A stretch of DNA of 64,000 nucleotides from Marsupella aquatica (lineage: Eukaryota; Plantae; Marchantiophyta): NCBI GenBank assembly GCA_973895155.1, contig OZ316892.1, positions 29,084,932-29,148,931 on the forward strand. Direction: 5' to 3'. Shown here one piece after another: positions 54,037 through 64,000 of the stretch. Position 1 is the stretch's first letter. Every line of letters begins with the position of its first letter. Under the pieces are notes generated by a model that worked only from the letters and a program-made list of their open reading frames with translations, had not been told where the DNA came from and searched no databases. The position numbers and the translations under genes were made by a program.

Positions 54037-54880
54037 TTTTTTTGGTTTTTTTTTTGAAAAAAAGTTTATCAAATATAAGCCGGGAGCAGCACCACCCACG
54101 CAAGAAAGAAACAAAGGCCAGGAGAGGCCCCGAAACCAAAAGACAGGCCACACCCAAAAAGGGCAGGGAACTACACAACAGCCCGAAGATGGCGGAGACC
54201 ACGGGGAAACCACAGCCCCCCAACCGAGTCAGTCCGGAAAATCCTGTTACTCAGTCAGATCAGCATGGTGGAAAAAGCCAACACAAGAAAAGAACCTAAT
54301 TGCTTTGCAGAAGCAGGGTCTAACCTAGCTCCCAGCCCTTCGTCGATAGTGGCATCAATGGTGATAGACTTGGGAACCAGAGGAAAAATCTCACGACTTT
54401 CACACGTTCTGTATCTTCTACAATATTTAGGAGTCCAATTCTGGTCATGACTGTCCCGCTCCGTCGGAGGGTGATGTGGGGGGAAAATGTTCGTTGCTTG
54501 CCAGGCTGCCGCTATCATCCAAAAAATTGGAATTTCTATTCATTGTCAACGTTTTGTGTCATAGAACACGGGATCTCCAGGTTGGCCCATGGGCGAAGGA
54601 CAAAATCAAGCTCCTCAACAGTCACCTGGAGCTTCCTGGCTTTCTTAGTGGAATTGCATTCAGACAACATGCCTTTGAGGTGGTCACTCACTTTCTTCAA
54701 GACCACCCAGCTGGGAAGTCAGCCAAGGAAATGTGCATATACCTGGGCATGGCGCTCGTTCCAGATGGTGTTACACAGTTCAGTCAGCAAGACAACCGGC
54801 CCTCGGTTTCGTTTTTGCACTTTGAGCGCAAACACCACAGAATCAACAAGATTTTGCCTCAGATACTTCAAGGTAGTTGT
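54037..54880 (-). mobile_element. LINE 3' end (ORF2 C-terminus, 3' UTR, poly(A)), split by the copia insertion
   Basis: Frame TLKYLRQNLVD..LLTELCNTIWNERHAQVY; T-run at ~54037-54056 is a poly(A) on the minus strand. Continues in frame from the fragment at 63825-64000. Confidence 0.8.
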
Positions 54881-55223
54881 TGTTGAGCATAGGCGACATT
54901 TGTAAAAACAAGCCCATGAACCATCCAACGCACAATAGTCGACATAGAGAGATACGTGGTTCACCTCCACATGAGGCTACGTCCACGGGAACACACAAGA
55001 GCTTTACTGCACTCTAGGCCGACCGGCCATACCAAGCATCCACAGCACAAGCTCTCCTATCTCTCAACTAGCTCCGTAACAATGAGCCTAAGTTCCACCA
55101 AGGTCTGGCATTAGCCCTGGCTATATGCACAACAGCACTACCACTAACCTTAGCTAGGTCCTAACCCGATTTAGCCTAATTGTGGTTAGCACAAGAGTCA
55201 CAAGACTAGAGCAATATCTAACA
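54881..55223 (-). repeat. Copia 3' LTR
   Basis: TGTTGA...CTAACA; about 13 mismatches to the other LTR by manual count (~96% identity). Confidence 0.97.
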
Positions 55224-55234
55224 AACTCCCCCTT
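55224..55234 (-). other. Polypurine tract
   Basis: AAGGGGGAGTT on the minus strand, abutting the 3' LTR. Confidence 0.9.
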
Positions 55235-55390
55235 GACTCTTGTCTTGGGGACTGGACTAAATGCTACCATATGGAATCCTCAGCGGGAAGTTCTAGACAA
55301 TCACCAAACCAGGTCTCCCCCTAAAAACCACAAGGGTTAACTAGAACTAAGCCGTAGCCTAACAGGAATGAGTAATCCATATACAAATAG

Positions 55391-58300
55391 TCACACATTG
55401 CTAAATAACTCTACTTGCACTACAACTGCAAAATCTGCAAAGTAGCACGGTGTCTTGAGAAACTCTCCAAAGGAATTCACTTTGGTAAAGGCATCAGCGG
55501 GATTGAGCTTTCCATCAATCTTGACTAGCTCAAAAGTTTTATCAGACATTGTTTGCCTGATAAAATGGTATCTGATATCAATGTGCTTCACCCTGCTATC
55601 CATCACCTGGTTAGCAGCCAAGTGAAGAGCACTCTGACTATCACAGTTTAGAGTTATTTTTCCATGCTCTAAACCCATCTCCGCGATCAACATGTCCAAC
55701 CAAATTGCTTCCTTTGCTGCTTCTGCTGCTGCAACATACTCTGCTTCTGTAGTAGACTGAGATATGCACTTCTGCAAGGTAGATTTCCAACTGATACATC
55801 CTCCTCCAAGAGTGTATACAAACCCAGTTGTAGACCTCCTTATATCCAGATAGCCTCCATAGTCAGAATCTACATAGCCAACCAACGTTCTATCTGATCT
55901 GTTATCAAATAGTAATCCATAGTCCTGTGTTCCCTTCACATACCTGAGAATCCATTTCACAGCTTCCCAATGTACCTTCCCTGGATTTGACATGAATCTG
56001 CTAACCTTGCCCATCGCTAGGGCCAAGTCAGGCCTAGTACAAGTCATCAAATACATCAGACTGCCTACTGCCTTCTCATAAGGAATCTTAGCCATCAGAC
56101 ATTTCTCCACAGCATCCGTAGTAGAGAAAGCCGATGATAACTTGAAATGTGAAACTAAAGGAATACTCACTGGCTTACAGTTTTCCATGTTGAATCGTGC
56201 AAGTACTTTCCTCGCATACTGGCCTTGACTCAAGCACAACTGTCTAGTATTAGAGTTCCTAAAAATCTCCATCCCTAAGATTCTCTTGGCCTTACCAAGA
56301 TCCTTCATCCTGAATACAGCACTCAATTTCGCCTTGAGACTAACAACCTCAGATTGATCTTTAGCCACAATCAACATGTCATCCACATAGATAACCAGAA
56401 TGATGAAACCAAATACATCATTCTTGACTGATTTCGTATACACACAAGGATCATACACCATCCTTGTAAAACCTTGAGCAAGCATGAAATCATCAAACCG
56501 CTTGTTCCACTGTCTGGGAGACTGCTTCAATCCATACAAGGACTTGAGTAATCTGCAAACTAAGTTCTCTTGGCCCTTCTTCATAAAGCCTAGTGGTTGT
56601 CTCATGAAGATCATCTCTTCCAAGTTGTCATAGAGAAAAACAGTAACAACATCCATCTGATCCATCACCAGACCAAAAAACACAACAAGCTGACACAAGA
56701 TTCGAATTGTGGAATACTTAGCAACCGGTGAAAAGACCTCATTGTAATCCACTCCTTTCTCCTGAGTGAATCCCTTGGCAACAAACCTTGCCTTGTAGAT
56801 CTTGTCTCCACCCTCTGAAGGACTATCCTTCAACTTGTAAATCCACTTGTTGTCCACCACTTGCTGACCTCTTGGAAGCTCCACCAGCTCCCATGTCTTG
56901 TTGTCACTCAAAGATTGCAACTCCCTCTGCATTTCTGCATTCCACTCATGCTTCTGCTCTGAAGCATAAGCCTCACTATACGAAGAAAGCTCTCCTTCTT
57001 CCAAGATCAAAGCCATATCATCTTCATCAGGTGCAATGTCAATATCATCTAGCTTAGATGAGTCTGCCCATTGACCATACCTGGTAGGAGCTCTAGTAGA
57101 ACGACTGGAAGTTCTTCTAGTAGATGACTCAGGCTGATCTGTTGCTGCTATTGGTTGAATTTGAGGTACCCTAGCAACAATTTTCTCCTCTTGTTCCATC
57201 ACAGGAACCAGCTCCAAGCCCGGAGCTTCTCCATCTCTCCTGTCATGAACTGCATCATGACTAATCTCCCCCTCAACCCGGTCCGGGATGGGAGATTTCC
57301 CCTTGTCAGTATGGGAGTCCTGAGAACTCTCCCCCTCCTTTGATGATCTGGATTCATTAAAGGACACATCTCTACTGACAATTAGCTTACAGGTTACTGG
57401 ATCCCATAACCTATAACCCTTCACACCTTTCTGATAACCAAGGAAAATGCACTTCTTCGACTTGGACTCCAACTTGGATCGAAGCTGGGAAGGTGTAAGC
57501 ACATAAGCATCACATCCAAAAATCCTCAGATGTGAGTAATCTGCTGGACGCCCGTACCTCATTTCAAATGACGTCTTGAATCCAATAGAACTGGATGGAG
57601 AAAAATTTACCAAATAAGCTGTAGTGTTGACAGCTTCAGCCCAAAACTCATGTGGTAAGCATGATTGACTCAACATACTCCTCGAGCGGTCTAATAGTGT
57701 TTGGTTGAGTCTCTCAGAAACACCATTCTGCTGAGGAGTATAACTTGTTGTGAGATGGCGGGTAATCCCCTGCTCCTTACTATACGTTCCAAATTCCGCG
57801 GAACTGTATTCACCATCATTATCCGATCGAAGATATCTCACCTTATTACCAGTCTGATTCTCAACTTGGGCTTTCCACTCCTTAAAAGTGGCAAAAACAT
57901 CAGACTTATTGTGTAGAAAGTATATCCACACATACCTTGAGTAATCGTCTATGAACGTGACATAGTATAACCGTCCAGAATGTGAGGGAGTAGGGGCTAG
58001 ACCCCACACATCACTATGTACATACTCAAGTACCTCCTTGCTGGTGTGAGTTCCAACTCCGAAGGGTTTCCTGTGCTGCTTCCCTAGCACACAGTGCTCA
58101 CAAAATTCCAACTTACAAGACTGCAAATTAGAAAGTAATCCTTTCTTCTGAAGAATAACCAAACCTTTTTCACTCATGTGGCCCAAACGGAAGTGCCACA
58201 GTCGGGCCGTCTCCTCATGAGAAAAGGTTATATTGGCTTCATCACAGACTATACTGCCCTCCAAAACGTATAGATTGCAATGTCTCTTTCCCTTCAATAC

Positions 58301-58615
58301 AAGTTTAGTACCAGTTAAAACCTGAAGGACACCATTAGCAGAACTCCACTGATGGCCATTTGCCTCTAAAACTCCAAGTGAAATGAGATTTTTCATCATG
58401 CTGGGAATATGTCTCACATTCCTCAATGTTCTCACAGCACCATCAAACATCTGAAATCTTACAAATCCAAGTCCAACAACTTGACATGGGATTCCATTTC
58501 CCATCAACACTGATCCGTTGGAAATCGTGTAAGAACTGAAATAATCTCTTCTAGAGCAAATGTGAAAAGTACATGCACTATCTAGAATCCAGTCATCACT
58601 ACCTGGATTTGACAC
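55391..58615 (-). CDS. Copia Pol polyprotein (protease, integrase, RT, RNase H); 1074-aa open frame
   Basis: WILDSACTFH (PR); WHFRLGH..CEHC (Zn-binding); HSDVWG, LRSDN, PQQNGVSER (INT); YKARFVAKG, LYGLKQ, YVDD (RT); KHIDIRYHF, ADAFTK (RH). A +1 frameshift near 55476 replaces the expected end KVIPLESFSRHRATLQILQL*. Confidence 0.95.
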   Translation of the reverse strand: MSNPGSDDWILDSACTFHICSRRDYFSSYTISNGSVLMGNGIPCQVVGLGFVRFQMFDGAVRTLRNVRHIPSMMKNLISLGVLEANGHQWSSANGVLQVLTGTKLVLKGKRHCNLYVLEGSIVCDEANITFSHEETARLWHFRLGHMSEKGLVILQKKGLLSNLQSCKLEFCEHCVLGKQHRKPFGVGTHTSKEVLEYVHSDVWGLAPTPSHSGRLYYVTFIDDYSRYVWIYFLHNKSDVFATFKEWKAQVENQTGNKVRYLRSDNDGEYSSAEFGTYSKEQGITRHLTTSYTPQQNGVSERLNQTLLDRSRSMLSQSCLPHEFWAEAVNTTAYLVNFSPSSSIGFKTSFEMRYGRPADYSHLRIFGCDAYVLTPSQLRSKLESKSKKCIFLGYQKGVKGYRLWDPVTCKLIVSRDVSFNESRSSKEGESSQDSHTDKGKSPIPDRVEGEISHDAVHDRRDGEAPGLELVPVMEQEEKIVARVPQIQPIAATDQPESSTRRTSSRSTRAPTRYGQWADSSKLDDIDIAPDEDDMALILEEGELSSYSEAYASEQKHEWNAEMQRELQSLSDNKTWELVELPRGQQVVDNKWIYKLKDSPSEGGDKIYKARFVAKGFTQEKGVDYNEVFSPVAKYSTIRILCQLVVFFGLVMDQMDVVTVFLYDNLEEMIFMRQPLGFMKKGQENLVCRLLKSLYGLKQSPRQWNKRFDDFMLAQGFTRMVYDPCVYTKSVKNDVFGFIILVIYVDDMLIVAKDQSEVVSLKAKLSAVFRMKDLGKAKRILGMEIFRNSNTRQLCLSQGQYARKVLARFNMENCKPVSIPLVSHFKLSSAFSTTDAVEKCLMAKIPYEKAVGSLMYLMTCTRPDLALAMGKVSRFMSNPGKVHWEAVKWILRYVKGTQDYGLLFDNRSDRTLVGYVDSDYGGYLDIRRSTTGFVYTLGGGCISWKSTLQKCISQSTTEAEYVAAAEAAKEAIWLDMLIAEMGLEHGKITLNCDSQSALHLAANQVMDSRVKHIDIRYHFIRQTMSDKTFELVKIDGKLNPADAFTKVNSFGEFLKTPCYFADFAVVVQVELFSNV

Positions 58616-58765
58616 TACGTTGAGAGCATAACCTTGACATCACAATATGTCATCATCATCGAGTAAATCTACCTCATGCGAGCTCGATGCCGCATTAGCA
58701 GAGGCAGTAGGGACCTTTACTCGACAATCCCTTTTCATGTGGCCAGGCTTGCCACAATTCCAACA

Positions 58766-61034
58766 AGTCGCGAATACAACTTTCACCTACTCGTAATTGC
58801 TCCGGCGTTGCCTAACTCCAGCGTTGAGCCCCTCTTAGATTTGCTACCATCATGGCCATTAGGGATGCGACTAACAAAGAGGAGGCTAGTAAGAGCAAGG
58901 ACAAGACTTGAGAAAAGCGCGCTCCAATTAACTTTATTGGGCCCATTGCCAATCACGGAAATATGAACTATTTTTCTGACGGATCACCATAGGGGCCCGA
59001 GAAGCCCCACATGAGCCCCATCATGGGGCCGCATATTTCTCGGCCAATGGACCCAGGGGCCAAAAGTTATGGCCGACTCAAGCCGCATGCTTGTAGTTTG
59101 GGCCCGTTGCCGATCATGGAAAAATGAACTATTTTTCCAACGGATCACCATAGGGGCCCGAGAAGCCCCACATGAGCCCCATCATGGGGCCGCATATTTC
59201 TCGGCCAACGGACCCAGGGGCCAAAAGTTATGGCCGACTCAAGCCGCATGCTTGTAGTTTGGGCCCGTTGCCGATCATGGAAAATGAACTATTTTTCCAA
59301 CGGATCACGATAGGGGCCCGAGAAGCCCCACATGAGCCCCATCATAAGGCCGCATATTTCTTGGCCAACGGACCCAGGGGCCAAAAGTTATGGCCGACTC
59401 AAGCCGCATGCTTGTAGTTTGGGCCCGTTGCCGATCATGGAAAATGAACTATTTTTCCAACAGATCACCATAGGGGCCCAAGAAGCCCTACATGAGCCCG
59501 ATCATGGGGCCGCATATTTCTCGGCCAACGGACCCAGGGGCCAAAAGTTATGGCCGACTCAAGCCGCATGCTTGTAGTTTGGGTCCGTTGCCGATCATGG
59601 AAAATGAACTATTTTTCCAACAGATCACCATAGGGGCCCAAGAAGCCCTACATGAGCCCGATCATGGGGCCGCATATTTCTCGGCCAACGGACCCAGGGG
59701 CCAAAAGTTATGGCCGACTCAAGCCGCATACTTGTAGTTTGGGCCCGTTGCCGATCACGGAAAAATGAACTATTTTTCCAACGGATCACCATAGGGGCCT
59801 GAGAAGCCCCACATGAGCCCGATCATGGGGTCGCATATGTTTTGGCCAACGGACCTAGGGGCCAAAAGTTATGGCCGATTTAGACTCGATTAGAGTCGCC
59901 GCGCATCGATGGACCAAGAGGGGGTTGCCTGGACCAGGGGGGTTGCCTGGACCAGAGCGGGGTTAGGGCCGTAACTTTTAGCCCCTTATGCCACAATTTG
60001 CGCTCGAGGCCAAGTTACAGAAGGTTTTCAATTATCTTCGTTTCGAGCTAAGTGGCGGGGCCCACGGACCCTCGGGTAGGGGGCCAAAGATAGGGGACCA
60101 AAGCTGGTCCGGGGGTGGCAGGTCCCCAGAAGCATATATGAGGGGAGTGGTCCTCTCAAGTTTGAGCTCGAGCTGATCGCGATCAACGAAGATACGTCGT
60201 TTCGAGTTTTGAAGCGGAAATAAACATAACTCGACGACCGGATCTCCGTTGGAGGAGTTCTTGGGCTTGTTGGAAAGCTAATGAAGAAAGCTACCTCATG
60301 GTGCTCTCTGATTGTGCATTGGATGATTTTGGTTTTGAGGCTTGCAATGGGGGGAGTCCCTCTTGCCGATCCGAAGTCGAACAGTGACCAAACCGCATTT
60401 GGTTCCCACGGGGACCTGATGTTGGAGAGGTAGAACCAAGTAGACTCTGGGGGCTGCCATTGAGATCTGGTCCCGATGCATGGTGAGAGGTTGAGCGGAA
60501 CCCGGTTTCGCAGAGAGGTGGCTAAGATCTAGAAACTGAATGGTCCCGGCGTGTTACTACTAGTTTGTGACAAACTGAGTTTGGTCCATGGGCATGTCCT
60601 GGAGGCAGGGCGGTCAGCCATTGACGGGTAGAAAGTGGGGAAGCTTGGGCGACATCCGGTAGATAGACTGTTCTGGACGAACAGTGATGTCGACCTTAGT
60701 TTCAGCTTATGGCAAGGCCATGCGGGCCTGGGAGGCTCTATCCGCTGACCTACTTACTAATGACTGTTGAGCTTGAGGCAAGACAATGGTCTTGGGAGTT
60801 CCAAGATCAAGACAAGTTCTTACCGGTTGGTTGGTTGCTTGTGCAGATAGCAAAGACCGTTGAGCGACGGTTGTGCTGACGAGGGCAAGTGCGGCTTTGT
60901 ATGGGAGGGGTTGCTAACGACAAGGAGTATAGTCGAGGAGAACTTGCCCCAATATTCCGTGTTAGTGCAAGGTTTGACTTGTTTCAAGGCTGAGAAACGA
61001 GTTTGGACGGGCACGTGGTGGGAGGGCCACCACT
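58766..61034 (+). mobile_element. 2269-bp solo-LTR-like insertion with AGT...ACT termini
   Basis: Flanked by TSD CAACA (58761-58765 and 61035-61039); removing it restores the gag CCHC knuckle. No coding capacity. Tandem array near the left end and TATA-like CATATATGAGGGG at ~60134 suggest plus orientation. Confidence 0.85.
58939..59880. repeat. 160/161-bp tandem array, ~5.9 copies
   Basis: Units start at 58939, 59100, 59261, 59421, 59581 and 59741. Near-identical ORF-track peptides recur at 160-bp spacing. Confidence 0.97.
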
Positions 61035-63462
61035 CAACATGCAAGAGGCTTCCTCTCTTGAGATTTCCCTCTGGATTTAGATCTCCCCCGTGATGTAGAT
61101 CTAAACCTGTTCTGTCCATTCGTGCGTTGCGCTGCTCTGTCCCTGTTCACATTGAGCGCAGTGCCAGAAGAAGATGCTGTTTATGATTGACCCAACTTCT
61201 TCTGAGCATCATCAGACAGTAATGAGCTCACCACCTCATTATACGAAATGGACTTCAAATCTCTGTACAAGAGCACCTGTTTCAAGCCCTGATAAGACGG
61301 CAGTAAGGAGCTTAGCAGAAGCAAGGCCTTATCCTCATCTTCAACTCCTTTTCCCAGGTTTGATAGATCAACCGCTAGACTGTCAAATTCATCCAGATGA
61401 TCTTGCATCTTGCTCCCTTCCTTGAGCCTAAGGCTCATCAAGAGAGACTTCTTGTACAGCCGGTCTGACGCATCTTCCTGGTAGTACTTCTCTCTTAGAG
61501 CCTTGAACAGTGACGTGCAATCCGCATAATCATCTAGCTGCTTGATGATGTGCGGCTTGAGATATAGCATCACTGCATTGACAGCAATCACCTGCTCCTG
61601 TCTCCACTGTCTCATAGAAATCTCCTCCTCTCCATCATACTGCTCTCGCGATGAAAGTAGATGAGCTAAGCCCATGGCCCGTAGAACACCCTTCACTTGC
61701 TTCTCCCAGAGCAAGTAATCAGTACGACCATCGTACTTCTCCACCTCAAACTTCACTCCTCCGAATCTAGCCATCTCCCTCTTCTTCCCTACTACCGATA
61801 GCTCTGGTAGTAGTACAACTTCCTCCACTGCACGTCGCACCGGTGACCATACCGGTGTTACTTGTTCTTCCTCAAACGGTAGCAGCTCCTCCTCAGACTC
61901 TCCGTTTGACCGTCGCGATCCTGAAGCTCCACCGACGCCAATTCTTCCAGTATCCCCCGAGTCACTCATATGAAATAATCACAAAAAAACGTCTTTTTTC
62001 AAAACTTCTCACAAAACTCAAAACTCAACACCGCCGCGTAGCCCACAAAGCTAGGAGTCCAATACTGAAAGCCAAAATCAAAATCAAAATTCGATGGAAA
62101 AGTTATTCAAATTTTGGTCAGGGTAGGTAAAACCTTGGGAAACTCCCCCATTTTGACCACCTTGGAGAATAACCAAAATACCTAGTACAACCTGTCGTCG
62201 GAATTGCGATGTGATCGGTGCGCCGCGGTGCTAACTTCAGTGGCAACGTCCTCGCCGAAAAAGAACCAAAAAAGTTACCGTTCGGCGGACGGAATCTTTG
62301 TCGGATGGCCGAAAAACAGCTCTCTGTTTTTCAAGAATATTCCCGCACAGTCCAACAGGGCTCACAGGGGGCCGTTCCCCCTGTCGGAGCGGTTAAAACG
62401 GAGGGTCACAGGGCCCGGGATGAGGCACAACCAATGAGGAGGAGGAGAGAAATTTTTTTCAGAAAAACACACTCTAAAGGGGTCTTAAAGCCCCTAGCAA
62501 AGGCGCGCGTATTCGCGGCCAGAATCGCGTATAAAAAGCAAAAAACGTGAAAAAACGGGTTTAAAGGGGTCAAAATGCGCATATTTTCGCGTATTTGGGC
62601 CGTATATGGGCGTTTTTGGCCGTGTTTGGGCCCAAAAAAGCACATTTTCATGCTTAAAGGGGTGTGGGAGGCTGGTGTGCGCGCCGGGGCGTATGGCGAA
62701 CCTGGTTTGTCGGGTATTGGGGCTGTATTGGGGCAAAAAATGCGCTAAACTAACCTTTAAAATGTGCCCAAAATGACACAAAGGCCGTGTTACAAACCTC
62801 AGCCGCCTCCGCTTTGGTTTCCAATGAGAAAAGTGATGACCGCCGACATGAAAATGTTTCCAAATTGCACCGGCACGTCTGAAGCTCCACCAGAGAAAGA
62901 ACTTTTGTTGCGTCGCCTTCACTCCGCGTCAAGTGCCAATCCCGGACTCAAACGACCGTCTCGCCACAATCTCTCCGTTGAGCCTCAGCACTTCGTGTTT
63001 CTTCCTCCGAGTCAAGCGTCACGACGAGTAATCCGGTTCAGGGAAAAACAAGCACCATAGCTTGTCAAAAAACCAGAACGCCTCCTTCACTCGTCACGAC
63101 GCACTCGTTCTGCAAACGTCAACAAACTAGATACCAAAACGACCAGCACGCTCCAACCTTCAACTTGAACTATCACATGCGACGCCCCGCACACCGCACA
63201 GCTCACACCGTTGAAGAAACGATCTCTGGTTTCTCCCCCGAAATACCGTCGAACACGAATAAACCCTGAACAATGCAAACATCAAATCCTCCGCACCGCG
63301 GATATCGATCAACGAGTTCTAACCACCGTTAGAAAGCCATCTCACTAACCTATCCGCACAACCACATACATTTGAGTTTCATGCGACGAAACTCCGAATG
63401 TACCATCGACAATGAACGCTGGAAAAACCTGTCACGAAAAAACCTCGTCACCTCCCAGGCAT

Positions 63463-63474
63463 GCTCTGATACCA
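63463..63474 (-). other. Primer-binding site (initiator tRNA-Met)
   Basis: TGGTATCAGAGC on the minus strand, 2 nt from the 5' LTR. Confidence 0.95.
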
Positions 63475-63476
63475 CT

Positions 63477-63819
63477 TGTTGATCATAGACGACATTTGTA
63501 ACAGCAAGCCCATGAACCATCCAACGCACAATAGTCGACACAGAGAGATACGTGGTTCACCTCCACATGAGGCTACGTCCATGGGAACACACAAGAGCTT
63601 TACTGCACTCTAGGCCGACCGGCCATACCAAGCATCCACAGCACAAGCTCTCCTATCCCTCAACTAGCTCCGTAACAATGAGCCTAAGTTCCACCAGGGT
63701 CTGGCATCAGCCCTGGCTATATGCACAACAACACTACCACTAACCTTAGCTAGGTCCTAACCCAAGTTAGCCTAACTGTGGTTAGCACAAGAGTCACAAG
63801 ACTAGAGCAATATCTAACA
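63477..63819 (-). repeat. Copia 5' LTR
   Basis: 343 bp, TG...CA, matches 54881-55223. Confidence 0.97.
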
Positions 63820-63824
63820 GTTGT

Positions 63825-64000
63825 GTGGTGAAGGAGAGTCTGGATTTCAATCCATCTAGAGTGCACCTTATTGCAGAGGTAAAAGAGGTGCTCCGTGTTT
63901 TCATACCCACCGTTGCAGCGTTCACAGGTTCCGTTACACTCCCCATCTGCTGGCCCTACCATTCGTGAAAAACCCCTGTTGAATCAATCTCCACATAAAG
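63825..64000 (-). mobile_element. LINE ORF2 zinc-binding (zf-RVT) fragment; upstream part of the split LINE
   Basis: CERCNGGYENTEHLFYLC..W motif. The frame runs into the TSD and resumes at 54875. Confidence 0.85.

Larger units (their letters stand above)
58616..61969 (-). pseudogene. Copia gag, interrupted by a nested insert and two in-frame stops
   Basis: UBN2-like gag ORF 61969-61181 (KFEVEKYDG..W..), TAA at 61181-61183, then RGRSKSRGKSQERKPLAC|insert|WNCGKPGHMKRDC zinc knuckle, TGA at 58640-58642, then in frame with pol. Confidence 0.9.
54881..63819 (-). mobile_element. Full-length Ty1/copia LTR retrotransposon, inactivated
   Basis: Two 343-bp TG...CA LTRs; TSD GTTGT at 54876-54880 and 63820-63824; PBS; PPT; domain order gag-PR-INT-RT-RH. 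Confidence 0.98.

Noticed and set aside
58939-59880. CRISPR-like array or repeated small peptides (81-aa ORFs)
   Set aside because: Units are contiguous with no unique spacers, there are no cas genes and the context is eukaryotic. The ORFs are by-products of the 160-bp periodicity.
58835-61100. Alternative insert boundaries using a TAGAT duplication
   Set aside because: These would remove genuine gag sequence (RGRSKSRGKS) and keep non-gag sequence containing a stop. The CAACA boundaries restore the CCHC knuckle exactly.

Overview
Eukaryotic, intron-rich land-plant nuclear DNA. It is probably from a non-seed plant such as a liverwort, which is an inference from the intron-containing homoserine kinase and the style of the LINE and MULE content. 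Splice models were built by hand. Three genes look intact: a plastid homoserine kinase (minus strand, 6 exons, 8274-11178), a GT92/GALS-like glycosyltransferase (minus, 7 exons, 12733-17958) and a selenium-binding protein/methanethiol oxidase (plus, 7 exons, 47194-49889). The GT92 gene has a tandem paralog (24232-30148) with a nonsense codon, a probable frameshift and a patch of recent sequence exchange with the first copy. The rest is mostly transposon-derived: a defective MULE-SWIM transposase, several decayed L1-like LINEs, MITE-like foldbacks, Helitron-like 3' ends and minisatellites. The right end holds a three-level nest. A LINE is split by a full-length Ty1/copia element (343-bp LTRs, TSD GTTGT). 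The copia gag is split by a 2269-bp solo-LTR-like insert with non-canonical AGT...ACT termini, a 5-bp TSD and an internal 160-bp satellite-like array. That insert is the most unusual item. I see no convincing novel multi-gene system, and no CRISPR array, rRNA or intact tRNA.
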